A stretch of DNA of 64,000 nucleotides from the NCBI GenBank assembly GCA_026388185.1, contig JAPLKG010000003.1, forward strand, positions 22,871 through 86,870. The letters run 5' to 3'. The position numbers and the translations under genes were made by a program. This document shows, in pieces, positions 18,526 through 28,569 of this stretch (the stretch's first letter is position 1; every line of letters starts with the position of its first letter). The notes under the pieces are model-generated. The model did no database searches, was not told the origin of the DNA, and saw only the letters and a list, made by a program, of their open reading frames with translations. The DNA comes from Candidatus Eiseniibacteriota bacterium (GTDB lineage Bacteria > Eisenbacteria > RBG-16-71-46 > JAFGJU01).

Positions 18526-21500
18526 ATGTTTCTTGCAAATCTGTCCGTTAGAAAATCTGTTCTCGCTACGATACTGCTCCTGGCGTTGGTTGTCATAGGC
18601 ATCTTCTCGTATCTCAGGCTCACCATCGATCTCATGCCTCCCGTTGATTTTCCATACGTGACCGTGGTCACGGTTTATCCCGGCGCGGGCCCCGAAGAGA
18701 TCGAAAGCCTCGTCTCGAAGCCCATCGAGGACGCAATCAGTTCGATCTCCGGACTGAAGAACACTTGGTCCTATTCGCAGGAAGGCGTTTCGGTAGTACT
18801 GGCGGAGTTCACGCTCGAAACCAAAGTGGACTTTGCCGCCATGGACGTCAAAGAGAAGGTCGATGCCGTAAGGTCCAACCTTCCCGACGACGTGGAGACT
18901 CCCACGATCAGCAAGTTCGACTTCAGTTCCTCCCCGATTCTCAATCTCGCGGTCACAAGCCAGAGACCCATACAGGAGACCTACGAGATCGCAGACAAGA
19001 CGATCAAGCGAGAGCTTTCCAAGGTGAACGGCCTCGCGCAGATCGAGGTCGTGGGCGGGCGAAAGAGGGAGATCGCGGTCCTCGTAAGCAAGGACAAACT
19101 CAAGGGCTACGATCTTTCCATAACGGACGTCATCGCGGCAATCGCCGCCGAAAATCTGAACATTCCCGGCGGTCACATCACCGAAGAAAGCAGGGAGTAC
19201 GGCGTACGCGTGACCGGCGAATTCGAGAGCGTCGACGAAATCAGAAACGTGAGGATCCAGAGGACCGATGCGCCACCCGTTCGACTGTCGGAAGTGGCCA
19301 ACGTCCAGGACTCGTTCGCCGAAGTGAGGGAACTCGCGAGGTACAACAGGAACGAGACCGTGGGGATGACGCTGCGTAAAAGGTCCGACGCGAACACGGT
19401 CAAAGTCGCGAGCGGAGTGAAGAAGACTCTCGAGCGCCTCAAGCAGACGCTCCCTGCCGACGTGAAGATCGAAATCGCAAGGGACCGCTCGACGTTCATT
19501 AAGGACATGGTCGCCGACCTGAACAGCAACATGATCACCGGGATCATTCTCACGGCGCTGGTGCTGTTCCTCTTTCTCCATAGTTGGGAAGGAATAGTGA
19601 TAGCAGGCATAGCCATGCCGGTTTCGGTAGTGTCTACGTACACGTTTCTCTACTTCGCTGGATTCACCATCAACGTCATGTCTCTCATGGGGCTTGCACT
19701 CTGCGTGGGAATCCTGATCGCAAATTCGCTCGTGGTCATGGAGAACATCTATCGCTACCTGCACATGGGCAAGGGGCCGCGCGAGGCCGCCGAGGAAGGC
19801 ACCTCCGAAATCGCGCTCGCCGTGCTCGCCTCCACGCTCACGAACGTCGTGGTCTTCGTCCCCATTGCGTTCATGTCCGGCATCATCGGCCAGCTCTTCA
19901 GGCAGTTCGGCCTCACGACCACGTTCGCGACTTTTGTGTCGCTGCTCGTCTCCTTCACGGCGACGCCCATGCTCGCCTCCAAGCTCTTGTCGTCACGCTC
20001 CGTGGACAAGAAGATATCGTGGCATTCGTCGATCCCGATAATAGGGAAATTCCTGGAGCTCTTGGACACGTTCTTCGCGAAATGGGATGCCTTTTACGAA
20101 GGAGCCGCCGCTTCATATCGCCGGGGGCTCGACTGGACTCTCAATCACAGATGGCGAGTGATCGGGATTAGTCTGGGAGTTTTCGTCGTCAGTCTCGCGC
20201 TCGTCCCGTTCATTGGTACTGAATTCTTCCAGAACTCGGATCAGGGCATGTTGACTGTGTCGGTCGAGATGCCGGTCGGTTCGAATCTCTGGGAGACTCA
20301 GAAGGCCATAGAGAGTGTCGAGCAGGTCGTCTCGTCGGTTCCCGAGACGGAATCTTTCTTTTCTTCCGTGGGATCCACCGAGAGCGAGCTTGGAGCCGGC
20401 GGAAGCGGTGTGAATGTGGGCGACGTTCTCCTCGTGCTCGTGGACAAGAGAGAGCGCAAGAGATCCGACAAAGACATCGCCGCGGCGCTGAGGACGATGC
20501 TGGCCGAGATTCCCGGTGCCAAGCTGACCGTTTCGCCCGCCTCGACCATGGGCGGAGGCGGCGAGAAGGACATACAGATTGAAGTCACGGGAGACGAGAT
20601 GCCGGTTCTCATTTCCGTCGCGAACAAGGTCGTTGCCATAGCACAGGAAACGCCGGGAACGGTGGACGTGGACACCGACTGGAGAATAGGCAAACCGGAG
20701 ATGAAGCTTGTGCCGCTACGCGAGAAAAGCGCCGACTACGGCGTCTCCACCGCAGAATTGGCAAATCTGACAAGGGCCTTCATCACGGGTACGGTCGCAT
20801 CCCAATTCAGAGATAGGGACGAGGAATACGACATAAGGGTGAAGCTGGATGAATCCGACAGGGACAACATAGAGAAGCTCGGCAGCCTGCTCGTCAGAAC
20901 CGGCAACGGAACGGTGCCCGTGGCAGAGCTTGCCTCCATCACTCACGACGAGGGACCCACGCAGATTGTGCGCAAGAACAGGCAGCGCATGATAACCGTG
21001 AGCGCCAACATTGCGCGGGGCACTCTGGGTGGACTCGTGGGCCAGCTCAAGAAGAAGACCGACGCCCTCTCTCTGCCGCCGGGATACAGAATCTACTACG
21101 GGGGGATGGCCGAGATAATGGGTGAATCTTTCGCATCACTCTTCCAGGCACTGATCCTGGCAATAGTACTGACTTACATGCTTCTTGCGGCCATGCTTGA
21201 TTCGTACGTACATCCGTTCACCATCATGCTGACAGTTCCGCTCGGTGCGGTGGGCGTGCTCTTGGCACTTTTCTTCACCGGTAGGACCATCAGCATCTTC
21301 TCCCTGATGGCGCTCATCATGCTCGTGGGCATAGTGGTCAACAACGCCATCCTGCTGCTCGACTACACCAACACGCTGAGAAAGAAGGGATACAATTTGC
21401 GCGAGGCCATACTGGAGGCGTGTCCCACGCGTTTGAGGCCTATCGTAATGTCCAACTTGGCCGCCGCCATGGCCATGCTCCCACTCGCACTGGGACTCGG

Positions 21501-21636
21501 AGCCGGGGCTGAATTCCGCTCGCCCATGGCGATAGTCTCGATCGGAGGCCTGGTGGTTTCTACGGTGTTCACGCTTTTCTTGATCCCCACGGTCTACAGC
21601 CTGCTGGACAGGTTCGCCGAGGGTAAGGGAAGGTAG
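18526..21636 (+). CDS. RND efflux permease (AcrB/HAE1-like, 12 transmembrane segments, about 1036 aa)
   Basis: Its length, the two large periplasmic loops and conserved transmembrane motifs fit the family (for example GLAQIEVVGG, ENIYRYLHMG). Confidence 0.9.
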   Translation: MFLANLSVRKSVLATILLLALVVIGIFSYLRLTIDLMPPVDFPYVTVVTVYPGAGPEEIESLVSKPIEDAISSISGLKNTWSYSQEGVSVVLAEFTLETKVDFAAMDVKEKVDAVRSNLPDDVETPTISKFDFSSSPILNLAVTSQRPIQETYEIADKTIKRELSKVNGLAQIEVVGGRKREIAVLVSKDKLKGYDLSITDVIAAIAAENLNIPGGHITEESREYGVRVTGEFESVDEIRNVRIQRTDAPPVRLSEVANVQDSFAEVRELARYNRNETVGMTLRKRSDANTVKVASGVKKTLERLKQTLPADVKIEIARDRSTFIKDMVADLNSNMITGIILTALVLFLFLHSWEGIVIAGIAMPVSVVSTYTFLYFAGFTINVMSLMGLALCVGILIANSLVVMENIYRYLHMGKGPREAAEEGTSEIALAVLASTLTNVVVFVPIAFMSGIIGQLFRQFGLTTTFATFVSLLVSFTATPMLASKLLSSRSVDKKISWHSSIPIIGKFLELLDTFFAKWDAFYEGAAASYRRGLDWTLNHRWRVIGISLGVFVVSLALVPFIGTEFFQNSDQGMLTVSVEMPVGSNLWETQKAIESVEQVVSSVPETESFFSSVGSTESELGAGGSGVNVGDVLLVLVDKRERKRSDKDIAAALRTMLAEIPGAKLTVSPASTMGGGGEKDIQIEVTGDEMPVLISVANKVVAIAQETPGTVDVDTDWRIGKPEMKLVPLREKSADYGVSTAELANLTRAFITGTVASQFRDRDEEYDIRVKLDESDRDNIEKLGSLLVRTGNGTVPVAELASITHDEGPTQIVRKNRQRMITVSANIARGTLGGLVGQLKKKTDALSLPPGYRIYYGGMAEIMGESFASLFQALILAIVLTYMLLAAMLDSYVHPFTIMLTVPLGAVGVLLALFFTGRTISIFSLMALIMLVGIVVNNAILLLDYTNTLRKKGYNLREAILEACPTRLRPIVMSNLAAAMAMLPLALGLGAGAEFRSPMAIVSIGGLVVSTVFTLFLIPTVYSLLDRFAEGKGR

Positions 21637-21661
21637 GAGGACGTGGCCGATCGCGCGGTCG

Positions 21662-22930
21662 CTAGAACACAAACCCGTCGGGTATGACTCCACCCTTGAC
21701 CACGACGATTATCCCATCACGGACATAGAACTGCTCGTTTGGGTCGTCGTAATGCGCCACACCTTCGCGGTTCACGAGTTGCACGCCGCGGCCGATGGAC
21801 GAGTTCTTGTCGACGATCGAGCGCCTGATGTAGGTGCCTTCGCCCACGCCGAGCAAGGGGCGGCGCACGCTTCGTCTTTCGTAGAAGTCCGATCCCATTA
21901 TGAGTGAGCTCTCGATTATCGACCCGGGCCGAACGCGCGAGCGCACGCCGAGGATGGAGTCGCGCACCGTTGCCCCTTCGATTATCACGCCTTCGCAGAG
22001 CACCGCGCACTGGACCGACGCGCGATTCAGTTTCGCGCCAGGCAGGGACCGCGCGTGCGTGTAAATGGGCATTTCGGGATCGAAGAGATTGAACTTCGGA
22101 AGCGGCATCACAAGATCCATGTTGGCTTCGTAGAAGGAGCGCACCGTGCCGATGTCCGCCCAGTAGCCTTCAAAGGGGAAGGCGTGCACGTCGATGTCAC
22201 GGATGGCGTCGGGGATGACGTGCCGGCCGAAATCCGTTTGCTCCGGATCGAGCTCCAGTCGCTCCTTGAGGACGTTGGTGTTGAACAGGTAGATGCCCAT
22301 ACTTCCAAGGTAGGGACGCTGCTTGGCCTCTTCCTCGGTCAATCCGCAGCAAGTAGTGTCGACCATCATGTCGTCCAACTGAGCGTCGTCCTGCGTCTTC
22401 TCGGCGAACTTGATGATGCGGCCGTTTTCGCCGGTCTTGACAATCCCGAGGTAGGACGCGTCGGCGCGCGACACCGGATGCACCGCGATAGAGGCCGCTG
22501 CGCCGGAGGCCACGTGTGCTTCCTTGAACTTGCGGTAATCCATGCGGTAGAGGTGGTCGCCGGAGAGAATCAACACGTAACTAGTATGCTGGCGGCTGAT
22601 GTGGAACCACGCCTGGCGCACCGCATCGGCAGTGCCGCGGAACCAGGTACCCCCCCTGGCAGTCTGCTCGGCTGCAAGGATGCCGACGAACCCGCTAGAG
22701 AATTGATCGAACTGATAGGTCTTTGCGATGTGTGCGTTGAGGCTCGCCGACTGGTACATCGTGAGCACGTAGATTCGGCGAATGTCGGAATTGATGCAGT
22801 TGGAGACCGGGATGTCAATGAGCCGGTACTTGCCGGCGATCGAGACGGCCGGTTTGGACCGATCCTTGGTGAGAGGAAAAAGACGCCTGCCTTCCCCACC
22901 ACCGAGGATCACAGCCATGCTTTCGTCCAT
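21662..22930 (-). CDS. glgC: Glucose-1-phosphate adenylyltransferase
   Basis: MAVILGGGEGRRLFPLTKDRSKPAVSIAGKYRLIDIPVSNCINS is the canonical GlgC N-terminus. The C-terminal left-handed beta-helix region is present. Confidence 0.9.
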   Translation of the reverse strand: MDESMAVILGGGEGRRLFPLTKDRSKPAVSIAGKYRLIDIPVSNCINSDIRRIYVLTMYQSASLNAHIAKTYQFDQFSSGFVGILAAEQTARGGTWFRGTADAVRQAWFHISRQHTSYVLILSGDHLYRMDYRKFKEAHVASGAAASIAVHPVSRADASYLGIVKTGENGRIIKFAEKTQDDAQLDDMMVDTTCCGLTEEEAKQRPYLGSMGIYLFNTNVLKERLELDPEQTDFGRHVIPDAIRDIDVHAFPFEGYWADIGTVRSFYEANMDLVMPLPKFNLFDPEMPIYTHARSLPGAKLNRASVQCAVLCEGVIIEGATVRDSILGVRSRVRPGSIIESSLIMGSDFYERRSVRRPLLGVGEGTYIRRSIVDKNSSIGRGVQLVNREGVAHYDDPNEQFYVRDGIIVVVKGGVIPDGFVF

Positions 22931-23032
22931 GAGTTCACTCCCTTGAGACCTCGCTTGTGTCGAGGATTAGTATTATACCCCTCCGCTGCAGACTTGAAAG
23001 CGTTTTCTTGGCTTCCTTTTCATCACAATTCA

Positions 23033-23111
23033 GACACGATTTGGCAGGGGCGCGCAGTGCCGAGCACGCTTTCGCAGGGCGCGGTCTGACAAGCTACACG
23101 ATTTGGCAGGG
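23033..23111. repeat. Imperfect tandem duplication of about 61 bp; both units begin ACACGATTTGGCAGGGGC
   Basis: An 18-bp identical block occurs at about 23033 and about 23094. The following sequence is similar (gcagggcgcgg versus gcagagcgcgcgg). It lies in the divergent glgC / TonB-receptor intergenic region. Confidence 0.4.
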
Positions 23112-23378
23112 GCAAGTCTGGCAGAGCGCGCGGTGGCGGGTTAGTTAATCATATTATTTCCCACGTGTTGGGGCGTCAAGAAAGAACGCCATTGGGAGGC
23201 GCGATCTACAGGAATCTGAGGTAATTGTCTCACGCACAACGGGCAAAATGCCGATATTGATAATGCAAGCTCCGGGTGCTCCACCAACAGAGTGGTTCTG
23301 CAACTTCACCCACACTAATCGAATACGAACAGCCAAGATTGACCAAAGTGTAAGTATCAGAGTGTTGAGGTATCGAAG

Positions 23379-25502
23379 ATGAAACACATTGTTGCGATTC
23401 TCGTGACTCTAGGTATCCTGCTCTTGGGAATCGGCGTCAGCGCGCACGATCAAGAACTGACTGCCGTGACCAGAGCGCAAGCCGAAGAAGGCGCCTTCCC
23501 CGCGCAAAACACGAGTGACCTCACTCGGGGACAAACCCGAGCGGAGCCGAGCGCCGAGGATCTCGTGTTCATGGAGATTCCCGTCGTCTTCGCAGCGTCA
23601 AAGTTCGAGCAGCCGAGCACCGAGGCACCCGCGACCGTCTCCATCATCACCGCGGACGACATCCAGCGCTACGGTTACCGGACGCTCGACGAAGCACTCC
23701 AAGGAGTCACAGGTCTCTACGTGACGTATGACGACAATTACAGGTACCTCGGCGTGCGAGGCTATAGCATTCCGGGCGACTACAATTCGAGAGTACTCCT
23801 CCTGGTGGACGGCATGGCATCCAACGACGACATATACGGAAGTGCAACCTTCGGCACCGTTTTCGGCGTCGACATGGACCAGGTGAAGCAAATCGAGATT
23901 ATCAAGGGTCCGGGCTCGGCGTTGTACGGAACCAACGCCCTGTTCGCCGTCATCAACGTTGTGACCAAGGACGCGAAAGACTCGGACGGCCTCAGGGTCT
24001 CCGCAGAATATGGAAGCTACGATTCTCGAAAGGGCCTCATGAGCTACGGAAAGAGACACGGCGATCTCGACTTTGTCGTCGCGGGTTCATACGCGAACGC
24101 GGAGGGACAGGACCGCTATTTCCCAGAGTACGACGGTTACGTGGACGAGGCAGGAATAGTCTACGACGGAACGTTCAGGAATGGTGACTGGGACAGGTCC
24201 CCGAGCATCTGGGGCAAATTGTCCTACAAGCAATTCGCCCTCCGTGGCTGGCACAAAACGCGCGACAAGGGAATCCCCACTGCAGCTTATTGGACCGTTT
24301 TCAATGACAACAGAACAAACAACACCGACGAGAGCGAATTCCTGGAACTGAGGTACGCGCCGACACTGGATGAGACGAAAGACCTGTTGGCAAGAGTGTA
24401 CTACAATCGCTATCGCTACTACGGCGACTGGATGCTGTTGTACGAAGGAGAATCGGACTACTACGAAGAAATGGGCAAGGACGTGGCCAAAGGAGACTGG
24501 ATTGGTTCGGAGCTCCAGCTCAACTGGAAGACTTCTGCCCGTAACCGGCTGACTGCGGGCGGAGAGGCCCAATATCACAGTGTCGCTCAGAAGTACTGGG
24601 ACGAAGGCCTTCTCGGCAGCGAGTATCGACACCAGTACTTGGACTACAACCAGCAGTTCGATGTCTGGTCCCTCTATGCCCAGGACATCTACAAACTCTC
24701 GAGTCTGTCTTTTGTTCTCGGTGCCAGGTATGACAACTATCCGACTTTTGGTGGAACCACCAATCCGAGAGTAGGCTGCATATATACTCCCTTTGACAAG
24801 ACCAACATCAAGCTACTCTACGGAACGGCCTTCCGCGCTCCCTCGCCCTACGAGCTTTACTATCACGACGGCTACTATCTTATGGAACCCAATGAGAGTC
24901 TCACTCCCGAGAGACTGAAGACTACAGAGCTCGTGCTCGAGCAAGGAATCGCGCGAAATGTGAAAGCCCTGTTCTCCTTGTATCACACGGACCTTACCAA
25001 CTTGATCTATCAGGTAGTAACTGCAGACACGGGCATTGAAGGAGATCCGTTGCTACAGTTCCGGAACGTCGGATGCGTCCAGGCCTCTGGTCTTGAGTTC
25101 ACCCTGGACGGAACATTCTCGGGAGTTCTTACCCGGTTTGGCTACAGTTATCAGGAAACACGGGACCAGCACGGGAAAGAACAACTCGTCAATTCGCCCA
25201 ACAGTTCAGGTAATTTCAGCATCAGCGTTCCCATTCTCTCCGGGAACGAGTACGTGAGTGCCGAAGTGCGCTACGTGGGAAAGCGGTTCACCACCAGCCG
25301 TGAAGAGTTGGATCCCTACGTCTCCACCAATCTCATTCTGTTCATGAAGGACTTGCTGCCGCACATCGAGATTACGGCAAAGGTGAATAACGTATTCGAC
25401 GTTTCTTATGAAGATCCATGCAGCACAGAGTATTTCCAGACCAGAATTCCGCAAGATGGAAGAAGTTTCTTCTTGAAATTGACGTACAGGAGCCAACGGT
25501 GA
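23379..25502 (+). CDS. TonB-dependent outer-membrane receptor
   Basis: A signal peptide is followed by a plug domain (VSIITADDIQRYGYRTLDEALQGVTGLYV) and a long beta-barrel region. Confidence 0.8.
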   Translation: MKHIVAILVTLGILLLGIGVSAHDQELTAVTRAQAEEGAFPAQNTSDLTRGQTRAEPSAEDLVFMEIPVVFAASKFEQPSTEAPATVSIITADDIQRYGYRTLDEALQGVTGLYVTYDDNYRYLGVRGYSIPGDYNSRVLLLVDGMASNDDIYGSATFGTVFGVDMDQVKQIEIIKGPGSALYGTNALFAVINVVTKDAKDSDGLRVSAEYGSYDSRKGLMSYGKRHGDLDFVVAGSYANAEGQDRYFPEYDGYVDEAGIVYDGTFRNGDWDRSPSIWGKLSYKQFALRGWHKTRDKGIPTAAYWTVFNDNRTNNTDESEFLELRYAPTLDETKDLLARVYYNRYRYYGDWMLLYEGESDYYEEMGKDVAKGDWIGSELQLNWKTSARNRLTAGGEAQYHSVAQKYWDEGLLGSEYRHQYLDYNQQFDVWSLYAQDIYKLSSLSFVLGARYDNYPTFGGTTNPRVGCIYTPFDKTNIKLLYGTAFRAPSPYELYYHDGYYLMEPNESLTPERLKTTELVLEQGIARNVKALFSLYHTDLTNLIYQVVTADTGIEGDPLLQFRNVGCVQASGLEFTLDGTFSGVLTRFGYSYQETRDQHGKEQLVNSPNSSGNFSISVPILSGNEYVSAEVRYVGKRFTTSREELDPYVSTNLILFMKDLLPHIEITAKVNNVFDVSYEDPCSTEYFQTRIPQDGRSFFLKLTYRSQR

Positions 25503-26431
25503 GAGCTGCGGTACTCATAACGCTCTGTCTGGCTTTGAGTGTCTTTGGTTGTTGCCTGGCAGAGCAATGCCACGCGGCAGGCCGACTCGCGGTCTCGGTC
25601 ATTTTTTCTTCCGACATCGAGGCCTACACGCAGGCGTGGAACGGATTCCGAAGCTATTTCGACGAACAAGAGGTGTCGTTGGCCGTGTCCACGTACAACT
25701 TGAAGGATCAAGAACCTGCAATGGTCTGTTCAGAGATAGAGGCGAGAGGATCCGACGTGGTTTTCACGCTGGGAACGCAGGCGTCAAGACTGGCGCGAGA
25801 AAGAATAAAGAACATCCCCGTCATATTCTGCATGGTGTTCAATCCAGGCGAGTTCGCCGGCACAAACAGCACCGGCGTCTCGATGGAGATCCCCATCGAG
25901 GCAAGATTGCAGGGGATCAAGAAAATACTCCCTCACGCCAAGAATGTGGCAGCCGTCTATTCGACAGAGACGGCAGAGGCATACAGGCAGGTCTTCTCGA
26001 AGGGCAGCCAATTGGGTCTGACCATAATCGGAAAGCAGATTGATTCTGAGAGACAGCTTCCCGACGCCATTAGAGAACTGGACTACAGGATGGATTGTTT
26101 TCTGATGCTCGCCGATTCTCAACTATATTCCCCCGCATCGGTAAAGCATCTGCTGCTCGAGAGTCTGAGACAGGGATTCCCCGTAGTAGGACTCTCGTCT
26201 CATTACACCCAGGCAGGAGCACTCTTTTCGTTCGATTGCGACTACGGCGACCTCGGTCGCCAGGCAGCAGAAATCGCGTCGAGGATCACGAACGGCGAAA
26301 CGCCGGGAGCGATTCCTCCCCTGGCACCGAGAAAGATCAGGCTTTCAATAAACATGCTCGCCGCCGACAGGTTGGGAATCGAGATTTCCTCTGAGACGGC
26401 GAAACGGGCGAGTGAGGTGTTCGGTAGATGA
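25499..26431 (+). CDS. Periplasmic substrate-binding protein (ABC_sub_bind / Bmp-like sensory SBP)
   Basis: A GTG start overlaps the TonB-receptor stop (GTGA). GGAG lies 7 nt upstream. A signal peptide (AAVLITLCLALSVFGCC) is followed by a type-I periplasmic-binding fold. It is immediately followed by a histidine kinase. Confidence 0.65.
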   Translation: MRAAVLITLCLALSVFGCCLAEQCHAAGRLAVSVIFSSDIEAYTQAWNGFRSYFDEQEVSLAVSTYNLKDQEPAMVCSEIEARGSDVVFTLGTQASRLARERIKNIPVIFCMVFNPGEFAGTNSTGVSMEIPIEARLQGIKKILPHAKNVAAVYSTETAEAYRQVFSKGSQLGLTIIGKQIDSERQLPDAIRELDYRMDCFLMLADSQLYSPASVKHLLLESLRQGFPVVGLSSHYTQAGALFSFDCDYGDLGRQAAEIASRITNGETPGAIPPLAPRKIRLSINMLAADRLGIEISSETAKRASEVFGR

Positions 26432-28407
26432 GACTGAGCATCAACAAGAAGGTCGAGCTGCTCTCCGTGAGCATCATTCTGTTTCTCGCCGTCGCACTGT
26501 CCTTCCACTTCATCAGGCAGGGATCAAGTGCTGTGAGCTCCGAGCTCAACGAACGTGCGGCAGTTATCCTCAGGGGCCTGACCATCAACTGCGAATATCC
26601 GATTCTCGTTGGAGATCGGGAGTCGATTCATAGGTTGGTGAGGATCGCTCTTGCCGAGAAGGACGTCGTTTTCTGCAGAATCGACGGCCCAGACGGTAAA
26701 CCGATCATCGAGGCAGGGTCAAGAACGCTCGGACCGACGAGAGAGTTCGTGGCCCCGGTGGTCACGGAGAAGACAGGAGAACAAGAGCAAGAGGGAGTAG
26801 TCCTGGGGGTCCCCACCGGCATCAAGGAGGAAATCGCAAAGATACATCTGGGAATTTCTCTTTCCGGGTTGAACAAGAAAGTGGCCGACATGAAAAGGGC
26901 GGCCGCCTTGTTCGCCGTTCTTGCAATTCTCGTCGTCTCCCTCGCCAACACCTTTCTGCTCAAGTTTCTTCTCATCGGTCCCATCACAGCGTTGGTAAGG
27001 GGCACCGCCAGGATTGCGGGAGGAGATCTCAACCACAGAGTGCAGGTCAAGAGTAACGACGAAATAGGCGCCCTCGCCTTGTCTTTCAACAAAATGGTGG
27101 AGGATCTCTCCAAAACGCTCGTGTCCAGGAACTACATGAACAATATCATCAAGTCGATGACCGACACCCTGCTCGTCACTGACCCGGAAGGCAGAATAAG
27201 GACCGTCAATCGTGCCACTCTCAACCTGTTGGGATACTCCGAGGACGAGCTGATCGGAAAGCCAATTTGTGTGCTCTTCAGAGAAGACCCGCTCGACAGT
27301 GAACAAATCACTGCTATCAAGAGCGGGATGGGCATGGGCAATGTCGAGAAGACCTACGTGTCCAAGGACGGGAGAAAGATCCCGATGCTCTTCACCAGTT
27401 CAGTGATGCGCAACGAGAACGGAGAAATAGAGGGAAACGTGTGCGTGGCGCAGAACATCACGGAACGGAGGAAGGCCGAGGAGGCTCTGTTACGACAGGC
27501 AGAAGCGCTCACGCACTCCAACACTCAGTTGGAGGCGGCGAATGCGGAGCTGATGCTACTGGACCTCGCGAAATCGGAGTTCGTGTCCAACGTGTCGCAC
27601 GAACTGAGGACCCCCTTGACGGCGGTCAAGGCATACGCTGAGACCCTCCTGCAGTACGGTTCCATTTCTGAGGAAAAGCGCAACTCCTTCGTTGGAATCA
27701 TTCTGAAACAGGCCGAGAGGCTGGCCGTCCTGGTCGATGATCTGCTGGATCTCTCGAAGATTGAGGCAGGTGAAATCAAGCTCAATCTCACGCTCTTGGA
27801 TGTCGAGACGGCAATAGAAGACGCATTGCAGAGCGTCAGGCCGGCTGCCCAGAAGAAGGACATCGAGATCCAGGTGTCGTTGTCTGAAGAAGGATCTCTA
27901 TCAGGAACGGAGACCTCACCGACGGTCGGCAATCAAGTGCTTGCCGACGAAAACAGGTTTGACCAGGTGCTCGTCAACCTGCTCAACAATGCGGTCAAGT
28001 TCACGGAGCCTGGAGGACGCGTCTGGATCGGTTCGAGGGTCGTGCAAGATCGCACGGGAGGTCCTGCGATCGGGCCTGGCGCACATGCGCCCGGCGGGCC
28101 TCGCTATCTCCGCATCACAGTCGCGGACAACGGCATTGGCATCCCGGCGGAGGAACTGGGAAGCATCTTCGACAAGTTCAAGCAAGTGGAGGAGAAGACC
28201 AGGGGCAAGCCGACGGGAACCGGCCTGGGTCTGTCCATCAGCAAGCACCTTGTGGAGAGAATGGGCGGGCACCTCTGGGTGGAAAGCAAAATGGGAGAGG
28301 GAAGCAGTTTCCACTTCACTGTCCCTCTCGCTCAGAGCGATAGCCTCGTGACTGCGGAAGAGGTGACGGCGGGAGCGGGTGCGCAATCGCGATCAGAATC
28401 TGTTTGA
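26428..28407 (+). CDS. Sensor histidine kinase (transmembrane, HAMP, PAS, HisKA, HATPase_c)
   Basis: The H-box is SHELRTPLTAVKAYAETL. The ATPase region has NAVKFTEPGG, DNGIGIP and GTGLGLSISKHLVE. Its start overlaps the SBP stop. Confidence 0.85.
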   Translation: MRLSINKKVELLSVSIILFLAVALSFHFIRQGSSAVSSELNERAAVILRGLTINCEYPILVGDRESIHRLVRIALAEKDVVFCRIDGPDGKPIIEAGSRTLGPTREFVAPVVTEKTGEQEQEGVVLGVPTGIKEEIAKIHLGISLSGLNKKVADMKRAAALFAVLAILVVSLANTFLLKFLLIGPITALVRGTARIAGGDLNHRVQVKSNDEIGALALSFNKMVEDLSKTLVSRNYMNNIIKSMTDTLLVTDPEGRIRTVNRATLNLLGYSEDELIGKPICVLFREDPLDSEQITAIKSGMGMGNVEKTYVSKDGRKIPMLFTSSVMRNENGEIEGNVCVAQNITERRKAEEALLRQAEALTHSNTQLEAANAELMLLDLAKSEFVSNVSHELRTPLTAVKAYAETLLQYGSISEEKRNSFVGIILKQAERLAVLVDDLLDLSKIEAGEIKLNLTLLDVETAIEDALQSVRPAAQKKDIEIQVSLSEEGSLSGTETSPTVGNQVLADENRFDQVLVNLLNNAVKFTEPGGRVWIGSRVVQDRTGGPAIGPGAHAPGGPRYLRITVADNGIGIPAEELGSIFDKFKQVEEKTRGKPTGTGLGLSISKHLVERMGGHLWVESKMGEGSSFHFTVPLAQSDSLVTAEEVTAGAGAQSRSESV

Positions 28408-28569
28408 AAGGCGGATCAGATGTAGTTAGAATCTGTTCATGCGCGTGACCTTGACCATACGATTCGACACCCACTGCCTGGTACCCCCACCTCCATTCCT
28501 GCGTCCATCGATGCTCATGTCCATGGCTCTCCCGCTTCCACTCCGTCTCGATCACACCCTCGGTGCCCC

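Noticed and set aside
18484-19764. 426-aa minus-strand ORF
   Set aside because: It is antisense to the RND permease gene, and its composition is His/Arg/Asp-rich and non-protein-like.
22055-23089. 344-aa plus-strand ORF
   Set aside because: It is antisense to glgC and has no recognisable motif.
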